Positions 25,078 to 32,000 of a stretch of DNA of 32,000 bases are shown here, piece by piece. Every line of letters starts with the position of its first letter. Positions within the stretch are counted from its first letter, which is position 1. The notes under the pieces were generated by a model that saw nothing but the letters and a program-made list of their open reading frames with translations, ran no database searches and was not told the DNA's origin. Position numbers and translations under genes: made by a program. Source of the stretch: Opitutia bacterium KCR 482 (GTDB lineage: Bacteria; Verrucomicrobiota; Verrucomicrobiia; Opitutales; Intestinicryptomonadaceae); the NCBI GenBank assembly GCA_029269845.2, contig CP149973.1, positions 630,001 to 662,000 on the forward strand, read 5' to 3'.

Positions 25078-25824
25078 TTACATGTACAGACCGCCGTTTA
25101 CCGCGATTGTCTGCCCCGTGATATAGCCCGCTTCGTCCGACGCCAGAAACGCGCAGACTTTTGCGATGTCGCCGACTTTGCCGGTCCGTTTAAGCGGAAT
25201 GTTCGCCACCGCCGCCTCCACAATCGCGGGGGGAAGAACCGCCGTCATGTCGGTGTCGATGAACCCGGGCGCGACCGCGTTTACCGTGATGTTCCGCGCC
25301 GCAAGCTCCCGCGCGAGCGACTTCGTAAAGCCGATAATGCCCGCCTTCGCCGCCGCGTAGTTCGCCTGCCCCGCGTTGCCCGCCTGTCCAGAGACCGACG
25401 CAATGTTTATGATTCGCCCGCGCCGCGTGCCCATCATCGCGCGGACAAGGTTGCGCACAATGTAGAAGCACGACGAAAGGTTTGTCGAGATAACGTCCTC
25501 CCACTGCTCGTCCGACATTAGCATGAGCAGGTTGTCGCGCGTGATTCCCGCGTTGTTTACGATTATGTCAACCGCCTTGTATTTTTTGAGGATTTGCGAG
25601 CACGCGTCCTTGACTTCCGCCGATTTCGACACGTCGAAAGCCCACGCCTCCGCCTTTCCGCCCGACGCGTTGATTTCGTCCGCGACCTTTCCGCAAGACG
25701 AAATATTTTTGCTCACGCAAAGAACCGTGCAGCCCGCGTTTGCAAGCTCCACGGCAATCGCCCTGCCGATACCGCGACCCGCCCCGCTGACAAGCGCAAC
25801 TTTTCCCGAGTAATTAAGTTCCAT
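25078..25824 (-). CDS. fabG: 3-oxoacyl-[ACP] reductase FabG (classical SDR)
   Basis: The ATG at 25824 is preferred; the track start at 25839 is a TTG. Motifs GKVALVSGAGRGIGRAIA, NNAGITRDNLLMLMSDEQWEDVISTNL, GNAGQANYAAAKAG and NAVAPGFIDTDMT are present. Confidence 0.85.
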   Translation of the reverse strand: MELNYSGKVALVSGAGRGIGRAIAVELANAGCTVLCVSKNISSCGKVADEINASGGKAEAWAFDVSKSAEVKDACSQILKKYKAVDIIVNNAGITRDNLLMLMSDEQWEDVISTNLSSCFYIVRNLVRAMMGTRRGRIINIASVSGQAGNAGQANYAAAKAGIIGFTKSLARELAARNITVNAVAPGFIDTDMTAVLPPAIVEAAVANIPLKRTGKVGDIAKVCAFLASDEAGYITGQTIAVNGGLYM

Positions 25825-25952
25825 ATACAACCCGAACAATGACGGTTTTTTAAAGAAATGGAAGCCTTTTTTGCAAGGGCAGCAAAGGCGAAGCCCTTGA
25901 GCAGGCTGCAGCCTGCACGGCTACGGAACTTCGTTCCTACTTGTGATACTTC

Positions 25953-25976
25953 GGCGCGACTTAGTCGCGCCTTTTG
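25953..25976 (+). terminator. Plus-strand intrinsic terminator with no plus-strand coding gene upstream
   Basis: 8-bp perfect GC-rich stem GGCGCGAC-tta-GTCGCGCC followed by TTTTGCTT. The minus-strand reading has no U-tract. Confidence 0.6.
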
Positions 25977-25980
25977 CTTA

Positions 25981-26040
25981 TAAGTTCGCATTGGGCAGCG
26001 GAACACCGCCCAATCGCTTTGGGTGTTCGAACTTATTTTG
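25981..26040 (+). terminator. Second, compound terminator-like hairpin with a competing alternative pairing
   Basis: Outer stem TAAGTTCG (25981-88)/CGAACTTA (26028-35) and inner stem ATTGGGC (25990-96)/GCCCAAT (26008-14), followed by TTTTG. The alternative pairing GAACACC (26001-07)/GGTGTTC (26022-28) excludes the outer stem and disrupts the inner hairpin. Confidence 0.45.
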
Positions 26041-26225
26041 AGTCTTTTCGAAACCGAATAGTTATAACTTGTTCGATGGGGGAATGTGGGCGGTTATTTT
26101 GCGAAGTAAAATTCCCACTCGGGGGGGGCGAAGTCACCGCAATGGCGTACAAGCTCCAGCCTGTAAATCTGTGTTTTTGCGTTTTTATGATTGAGCGGAA
26201 GAATGCGCAAGATTAGCGTATATTT

Positions 26226-29200
26226 ATGATAAAACCTTACTACTCTACCATATTGCTTGCGGGGCTTTCCGCGTTTGTCTCGGTTTCCCATGCCGATTTC
26301 GAAAGTGTCCGCGCCGATTTTCTTAATCCGCCGCAGGACGCAAAGCTCGAGACTTGGTGGCACTTTACCACAAACGCAATCACAAAGGAGGGAATTACAG
26401 CCGACCTAGAAGCCTTGAAGGAAGTCGGCTACGGCGGCGCGCACGTGTTTTCGCTCGTAAACCAGACTGCCACGGGAATGCCGAAAATACAGATTCTCGA
26501 CGACAACTGGCGCGAACTTATGCGGCACGCGGGTCGCGAGGCAAAGCGGCTCGGTTTGCGGCTTGGCGCGCACAACTGCCCGGGGTGGTCAAGCTCGGGC
26601 GGCCCGTGGATTAAGCCCGAAGATTCGATGAAAATGCTCGTCGCCTCCGAAACGCGCGCGGAGGGCGGCGAACAGACTCTCAAACTTCCGCAGCCGCGCA
26701 CGGTGGAGGGGTTTTACCGCGATGTCGCCGTGCTTGCGGTGCGCGGCGGCAAGAAAATGCCCGCGCCGAAAGTTTCAGCCGACTTCGACAATCCGCAGAA
26801 CGTCGTGGGCGAAAACACAAAGACAGTCCGCCTGCCGCTTTCGAAAAAGGGCGCGAAAAACACGCTTGTTTTCGAATTCAAAAATCCCTACAACGCAAAC
26901 TTTGCCGAGCTTACTTTCGACAGTCGCGGACTGTATGTGAGCGTCGACATTTCGGTTTCGGACGACGGCAAAAACTACTCTAAAGTCGGCGAATACTCCG
27001 CGTCGATTTACAACGACAAGTGCACGCCCAAATTCGTCCCGCTCTCGAAAAACGGCGCGCGGGCTAAGTTTTTCAAATTCGAGTTTGCGACGGCAAAGTC
27101 CTTCCACGAATGGGAAAAGCCGAAAGACATCGACCTGAAAAACGTGCGACTGCTTTCGGAGCGAATGATTGCCGATGTGGATTTAAAAAACTCGCTCGCG
27201 CAAAGAATCGGGTTTGCCGAACCGAAGGCGGGCGACGAAAACAGGCGCGGACTTTCGAGAGACTCCGTGCTCGACATCACCGCAAATTTTCAAAACGGCG
27301 AGGGCAAAGTGAATCTGCCCGACGGCAATTGGATTGTCCTGCGAATAGGCTACACTTCGACGGGCGCGAAAAATTCGCCCACCCCCTTCAAGGGGCTTGA
27401 ATGCGACAAGCTCTCGCGGCGCGGGCTCGACGCGCACTGGCCGCATTTTATGAAAAAGCTCGAAGCCGATTTCGGCGGCTCGATGCGCTACGCCACAATC
27501 GACAGCTACGAGGTCGGCGGGCAGAACTGGACGGACGACTTCGCCGAGCAGTTCGAAAAACGGCGCGGCTACGACATCAAGCCGTGGCTGCCCGCAATGC
27601 TCGGGTTTGTTGTCGAGACCGACGGGCAGACCGCAAAATTCCTCTACGATTTGCAGCGCACGGTTTCCGACCTGTTCGCCGAAAACTACTACGACTACTT
27701 CGCCGAGCTTTGCAAAAAGGACGGGCTTCTTTCGATTGCCGAACCCTACGGCGGTCTGTTCGATTCGCTCCGCTGCGCGAGGAATATCGACATTCCCACG
27801 GGCGAGTTTTGGATTGGGCGCGGCAATCCGCCCGCGCGCATGACTGGCTCTAGCGCGCACCTGTTCGGCAAAAAAAAGGCGGGGTCGGAGTCGTTCACGA
27901 CGACGGCGGCCTGCGGACGCTGGCTGCACACTCCCGCGCAGCTCAAAGAGTACGGCGACCGCGCGTGGATTTACGGCATTTCGTCGATAATCTTCCACAC
28001 ATACGCGCACCAGCCGTTCATGATAGAGGGCCCCGGAATGTCGATGTACGCAGGCTCCAACATGACGCGCCTTACCACTTGGTGGAAGCTCGCCGACGCG
28101 TGGGTTTCGTACGTCAACCGCTCGCAGGCATTGCTTCAGCGCGGACGCTATCGGGCGACGGTTTTGTGGCTTTCGGGCGAATCGCAGCCGAACGGCGCGT
28201 GGTATGCCGTGCGCGACGAAATCACGAATGCGGGCTACGACTACGACTATTGTTCGGCGGACGACATCGCCGATTCGCTGAAATTCGAAGACGGCGAAAT
28301 CTTTGCGTCTGCGGACGGCACGCGCTACAAAATGCTCGCGCTCGGCGCCGACAGGCGGCTTTCCCTGCGCACGCTCAAAGCCGTTGAAAAGCTGCTCGAA
28401 GCGGGCGCGAACGTTGTCGGCACCCCGCCGATTGAATCGCCCACGCTTTCGGACAACCCCGAAGAATTTGCGGAAACCGTAAAACGCCTGTGGGGCGGCG
28501 GCGAAAAAGTCCGCAAAATCGGCAAAGATACATTGTACGCAATGCGCTCCGTTCCCGATGCGTTGTCGCTTGCGCGAATCGCGCCCGAATTTAAAACGCC
28601 GCGCGGAATCCGCACAATCGGCAGAATCGACGGCGACACCGACATACGCTTTGTGGCAAATATGACGCAATCGCGCATTGCAGGCGAGGTTTCGTTCAAC
28701 GCGGGCGAAGGAAAATCGCCGTATATTTTCGACGCGGTGGACGGCGGCGTTTCGCCCGCGCCGCAGTGGAAATGCGAAAACGGCATTGTCTCCCTTCCCC
28801 TTTCGCTCAACCCCTACGAATCGAAATTCGTCGTCTTCAAAAACGGCGAAAACAGGCGGATTGCCGCGTTTGCTCCGTCTGTAAACGGCGCGAAAAAAAC
28901 GGACGCGGTCGAAATTCTCGAAGCCGTCTACCGATCGAGCGATTCGCCCGAAAAACTCGATGTGAAGGATTTTGTAAAAGGCGACTCCGACGTAAAAGTG
29001 CTGAGCCGAACGTTTAAATGCGCGCTCGCCCCGGGGCACGTCAAGGAACTTTATGTAAAGTATAAGTTCGGCGGAAAGGTGTTCGAAAAGGTTGTTCGCG
29101 AGGGCGGCACATTCGTCCCGCCCGTTCCCGAAGCGGTGCGAAGCCCGATTTATCCCGCAGTTTCCGACGGGAAACTCGGCGCGGTGTTCGAAGCTGCGGG

Positions 29201-29828
29201 CACGGCGGAACTGTTCCTGTCGGACGGAGGGGAAGTTTCGCTTTCGGTGCAATCGCTTCCGAAGAATGCCGATATTTCGGAAAATTGGGATGTCGCATTC
29301 CAGAAAAACCGCGGCGCGCCCGCAACGGCGCATTTCGAAAAACTCGAATCTTGGACTGAAAATTCCGACGACGGAATCCGCTATTTTTCGGGCATCGCAA
29401 CGTATTCGAAAAAATTCGAGCTCGGCGGCGAAATGTTCAAAAAGGGTCGGCGCATAATTTTGTCGCTCGGGAAAGTCGCCGACGTCGCCCGCGTGCGGAT
29501 TAACGGCAAAACCGCCGCAACGCTCTGGCGCGCGCCGTTCGAATGCGACATAACAGAGCTTGCAAAAAAAGGCGACAACACGCTTTCGATAGAAGTGGCG
29601 AACCGTTGGCCGAACAGGCTTATCGGCGACGCGCGGCTTGCGAAATCGCCCGACGAACGGCTTCCGAAATGGATTGTCGAAAAGCGCAAAAACGATACCG
29701 ACAGAATAGCCTACACATTCACAAAAGGCTTCTGGAACGCCGGCGAAGAACCGCTCGAATCGGGCTTGCTGGGCAAAGTGGAAATCCGAGCAGCCGACTT
29801 CGTTGAAGCCGCACCGATGGAAAAATAG
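26226..29828 (+). CDS. Large secreted glycoside hydrolase, GH106-like (alpha-L-rhamnosidase-type family) with a C-terminal galactose-binding-like domain
   Basis: 1200 aa with a signal peptide. The N-terminal block FLNPPQDAKLETWWHFTTNAITKEGITADLEALKEVGYGG matches my memory of the Glyco_hydro_106-type N-terminus. The C-terminal block GKVADVARVRINGKTAATLWRAPFECDITELAKKGDNTLSIEVANRWPNRLIGD is typical of these proteins. Confidence 0.55.
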   Translation: MIKPYYSTILLAGLSAFVSVSHADFESVRADFLNPPQDAKLETWWHFTTNAITKEGITADLEALKEVGYGGAHVFSLVNQTATGMPKIQILDDNWRELMRHAGREAKRLGLRLGAHNCPGWSSSGGPWIKPEDSMKMLVASETRAEGGEQTLKLPQPRTVEGFYRDVAVLAVRGGKKMPAPKVSADFDNPQNVVGENTKTVRLPLSKKGAKNTLVFEFKNPYNANFAELTFDSRGLYVSVDISVSDDGKNYSKVGEYSASIYNDKCTPKFVPLSKNGARAKFFKFEFATAKSFHEWEKPKDIDLKNVRLLSERMIADVDLKNSLAQRIGFAEPKAGDENRRGLSRDSVLDITANFQNGEGKVNLPDGNWIVLRIGYTSTGAKNSPTPFKGLECDKLSRRGLDAHWPHFMKKLEADFGGSMRYATIDSYEVGGQNWTDDFAEQFEKRRGYDIKPWLPAMLGFVVETDGQTAKFLYDLQRTVSDLFAENYYDYFAELCKKDGLLSIAEPYGGLFDSLRCARNIDIPTGEFWIGRGNPPARMTGSSAHLFGKKKAGSESFTTTAACGRWLHTPAQLKEYGDRAWIYGISSIIFHTYAHQPFMIEGPGMSMYAGSNMTRLTTWWKLADAWVSYVNRSQALLQRGRYRATVLWLSGESQPNGAWYAVRDEITNAGYDYDYCSADDIADSLKFEDGEIFASADGTRYKMLALGADRRLSLRTLKAVEKLLEAGANVVGTPPIESPTLSDNPEEFAETVKRLWGGGEKVRKIGKDTLYAMRSVPDALSLARIAPEFKTPRGIRTIGRIDGDTDIRFVANMTQSRIAGEVSFNAGEGKSPYIFDAVDGGVSPAPQWKCENGIVSLPLSLNPYESKFVVFKNGENRRIAAFAPSVNGAKKTDAVEILEAVYRSSDSPEKLDVKDFVKGDSDVKVLSRTFKCALAPGHVKELYVKYKFGGKVFEKVVREGGTFVPPVPEAVRSPIYPAVSDGKLGAVFEAAGTAELFLSDGGEVSLSVQSLPKNADISENWDVAFQKNRGAPATAHFEKLESWTENSDDGIRYFSGIATYSKKFELGGEMFKKGRRIILSLGKVADVARVRINGKTAATLWRAPFECDITELAKKGDNTLSIEVANRWPNRLIGDARLAKSPDERLPKWIVEKRKNDTDRIAYTFTKGFWNAGEEPLESGLLGKVEIRAADFVEAAPMEK

Positions 29829-29861
29829 ACAACTCCAAAACGCGGCGAACAAATTTATGCG

Positions 29862-29950
29862 GACAACCGCAATCCCCGCCGCGCCGAACGGAGCGACATT
29901 TGCATACTCGAAACAGCGTCGGGTGCGGCGGGCTGGGGATTGTTTTGTCC
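29862..29950. other. Long imperfect inverted repeat between the convergent GH106-like and GH13 genes
   Basis: GGACAAccgCAATCCCCGCCGC (29861-) is imperfectly complementary to GCGGCGGGCTGGGGATTGttttGTCC (-29950), with a loop of about 35 nt. No U-tract lies outside the stem. It may be a convergent-gene terminator or a REP-like element. Confidence 0.3.
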
Positions 29951-29960
29951 GTCGGTAGGA

Positions 29961-31415
29961 CTACATTATCGGGGCGCGGTTGCGGCGCAGCACTTTCGGC
30001 TTTCTATTTTCCGCGCTTTTCCTCAGCACTATGTAGCCTTTCGGCTGGAGCTCCAGTTTCGTCTTTCCATTATCCGATTCGCATTTTGCGCCGTACGAAA
30101 GCAGTTCCGACGAGCCGCCGAAGTCCGCGTCGACCATCGTCGAAACGCATTTATCTGCCGCGTTGATTACAACCAGTGCTGCGCCGTCTTTCGTTTCGCG
30201 GGCAAATGAAAGCACTGCGTCGGGTTTATCGTTGTCTATCCAGCGCGTCTTACCGTCGAAGAACACGGGGTCTTTGCGCAGTTCGATAAGTTTTTTCACG
30301 AGTGCGGTTCTGCGTTTCCCCTGTTCGGTATTCATATTCGCCCATTCGGTGAAGTATCTGCCGTGTGTGCGGTCGGAGAAAATCGTCATGGGGGCGTCGT
30401 CGGCGAATTCGTTGCCGCTGTAAATAAACGGAATGCCGTCGAGGGTGAAGTTCATGACCATGACGGCGTCCATGCCGCGGTAGCCGAAGCGGATTTCGCA
30501 GCGTTTGCGGAATGGCCCGTTGGCGAAGTCGTGGTTTTCCATTGCGCGGAGCACCCTCGCGTTTTTGGGCTGGTCTTTATCGAAAGACTCCCAGCGTTCG
30601 CGCAAAATTTTTGCGGGCTTTTTGTCGTGGAAGACTTCGATTGTCTTGCGCTGCCAGAGTACTTCGTAGGTGGCGTCGTATGTTTTTTCCGTCGCGGAGT
30701 GGCGTTCGCTTTCCTCAATCATGAGAAGTTCGGGCTTGATTTTGCGCAGGCGGACGGCGGCGTTGTCCCAGAAATCGGAGGGCACCATTTCGCCGACGTC
30801 GGTGCGGAAGCCGTCGATGTCGAACTCGCGCAGGAGAAATTCCATATTCTTGGTGAGGTATTCGCGGAGTTCGGGATTTTTGAAATTCAGGCGCGGGAAA
30901 GCCCATTCGCCCGTATCGGGAGAGCCGTCGGGCTTGCGCATGATGAAGTCGGGGTGGTCTTTCAGGAAGACGGCTTTCGGCCCGCAGTGGTAGTACACGA
31001 CGTCGAAGAGCACTTTCAGCCCGAGTTCGTGCGCTTTTTTGACGAAGTTGCGGGCGTCGTCGGCGGTGCCGTACGAGGGGTCGATTTTGTAAAAATCCTT
31101 CATGCGGTAGGGATTTTTCGGATTTTCGGTTTTGGCCGCCTTTTGGCGTTCGCTCCAAAAGGTTTTATCCATATCGTCGTCGTGCTCGGTGAGCGGGCAG
31201 AGGTAGACGATATCGACGCCGAGCGACTTCACATAGGGCAGCATTTCCGCCGCCTTGTTGAGCGTGCCCTCCTGCGTGAACGAGGGCAGGAGGATTTGGT
31301 AAATCACCGAGCGTTTGAAGTCTTCGGAGACGGGTTTTGCGACTTTCGCCGACGCGAACGCCGACGCCGCGAATGCCAGCACCGCCGACACGAGAATTGC
31401 TGTTTTTTTCATCAT
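29961..31415 (-). CDS. Secreted GH13 alpha-amylase-family glycoside hydrolase
   Basis: The ATG at 31415 gives signal peptide MMKKTAILVSAVLAFAASAFASA. GH13 conserved regions: I DVVYYH (Tyr in place of the usual Asn), II DGFRTDVGEM, III LLMIEE, IV MENHD. Confidence 0.8.
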   Translation of the reverse strand: MMKKTAILVSAVLAFAASAFASAKVAKPVSEDFKRSVIYQILLPSFTQEGTLNKAAEMLPYVKSLGVDIVYLCPLTEHDDDMDKTFWSERQKAAKTENPKNPYRMKDFYKIDPSYGTADDARNFVKKAHELGLKVLFDVVYYHCGPKAVFLKDHPDFIMRKPDGSPDTGEWAFPRLNFKNPELREYLTKNMEFLLREFDIDGFRTDVGEMVPSDFWDNAAVRLRKIKPELLMIEESERHSATEKTYDATYEVLWQRKTIEVFHDKKPAKILRERWESFDKDQPKNARVLRAMENHDFANGPFRKRCEIRFGYRGMDAVMVMNFTLDGIPFIYSGNEFADDAPMTIFSDRTHGRYFTEWANMNTEQGKRRTALVKKLIELRKDPVFFDGKTRWIDNDKPDAVLSFARETKDGAALVVINAADKCVSTMVDADFGGSSELLSYGAKCESDNGKTKLELQPKGYIVLRKSAENRKPKVLRRNRAPIM

Positions 31416-31753
31416 ATATTCAAGTTGGTTGTGTGTTGAAAGGTAATAAAGTAAAAATGCAAAGGCAAGGCAACACAATCCAAAATCCGCGCGAAATCGG
31501 TAAACAGTTTACCAATTTCGCAAAAACCGCCTTCCTCCGCCGCTTCGAATCGGAAGAGCCGCGACGTCCAAACACTTGCAAAAGCGGCGCAACTTTCGGA
31601 GCGCGGCGACGCGGCGCGTTCCGACGCCCCGAAACGGCGGCGGAAAATCGGCGCGGTTTCAAAAAAAACGGAAAATTTTGTTGAAAGGAAGGGGCAATTT
31701 TGCCTTAGTAAAGGCTTCCATTTTTTAGCAATCGTAACCTGAAAAAGAAAATC

Positions 31754-32000
31754 ATGGGAAACATAAAGAAATCAATGATGTCGTCGCTTATGAAAAAATT
31801 TGCGATGGCGGTGACGGGCTTCGTATTGGCGTCCTTCCTGCTGATACACATGCTCGGAAACTTGCAGACGCTCGAAGGGGGTCCGCACGCAATCAACGCG
31901 TACGCGAACTTCCTCCAAACGCTGCCGTGGGAAATCCTCTGGGGTTTCAGGCTCTGTTTGGGCGTGTGCTTCGTACTGCACCTGTTGACGGCGTATTTGC
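31754..32000 (+). CDS. sdhC: Succinate dehydrogenase/fumarate reductase cytochrome b subunit (b558 type), N-terminal 82 aa; runs off the window end
   Basis: Absent from the ORF track because there is no stop in the window. Hand translation gives MGNIKKSMMSSLMKKFAMAVTGFVLASFLLIHMLGNLQTLEGGPHAINAYANFLQTLPWEILWGFRLCLGVCFVLHLLTAYL. It shows the K-x-x-M-A-x-T-G...F-L-x-x-H-M-x-x-N-L pattern and the second haem-ligand His region. Confidence 0.7.
   Translation, partial: MGNIKKSMMSSLMKKFAMAVTGFVLASFLLIHMLGNLQTLEGGPHAINAYANFLQTLPWEILWGFRLCLGVCFVLHLLTAYL

Noticed and set aside
25858-25983. 41-aa plus-strand ORF (MEAFFARAAKAKPLSRLQPARLRNFVPTCDTSARLSRAFCL)
   Set aside because: It has no RBS. The terminator hairpin lies inside its 3' end. 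The peptide is basic and low in complexity. An RNA-level function seems more likely.
27183-29852. 889-aa minus-strand ORF
   Set aside because: It lies antisense to the 1200-aa GH106-like gene, which has strong family-like motifs and a signal peptide. The composition is Arg/Phe/Ala-rich and low in complexity. This is a typical shadow ORF in GC-rich DNA.
30363-31439. 358-aa plus-strand ORF
   Set aside because: It lies antisense to the GH13 gene, which has all four conserved regions. It is a shadow ORF.

Overview
A bacterial chromosomal segment whose flanks are about 57-62% GC by hand count of sample lines. The gene content suggests the PVC group: a PEP-CTERM sorting signal, a TAT-signal Gfo/Idh/MocA oxidoreductase and many secreted glycosidases. 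That taxon call is inference only.

Layout:
(1) 1-6700: a minus-strand tetR / adaptor / RND efflux operon. The RND gene is open-ended and absent from the ORF track. A perfect palindromic operator sits next to a TTGACA box. A YbjJ-like MFS transporter and a TIGR03790-like secreted protein follow.
(2) 6773-8050: tRNA-Ser(GGA) with its own terminator, followed directly by a decayed ISL3 transposase remnant (about 30% GC).
(3) 8057-18268: a lower-GC (about 45-53%) run of six minus-strand genes, all with signal peptides. From the promoter end they are a PEP-CTERM beta-helix-like protein, a GH65-like six-hairpin enzyme, a clan GH-D alpha-galactosidase-like enzyme, an uncharacterised TIM-barrel-like protein, a CE7 acetyl esterase and a secreted ADP-ribosylglycohydrolase-fold protein.
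(4) 18269-19876: an AT-rich spacer carrying two 15-bp palindromes that are exact reverse complements of each other, 150 bp apart, around a TTGACA box. Three small orphan genes follow, one resembling a phage Mu gpG / HK97 gp10-type fragment.
(5) 19877-25824: core-metabolism genes, namely a glcD/glcF-like pair, a small secreted protein, the Gfo/Idh/MocA oxidoreductase and fabG.
(6) 25840-26225: a roughly 390-nt non-coding, highly structured region with two tandem plus-strand intrinsic terminators and mutually exclusive pairings. After it come a 1200-aa GH106-like hydrolase, a convergent GH13 enzyme, and the start of sdhC (open-ended, absent from the track).

I recognised no CRISPR array, rRNA or known defence system. 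The best leads are the palindrome pair (an invertible promoter or twin operators), the tRNA/IS-bounded glycan-utilisation island with its secreted ARH-fold enzyme, and the structured leader or sRNA region. All family assignments rest on remembered motifs and need HMM or structure confirmation.
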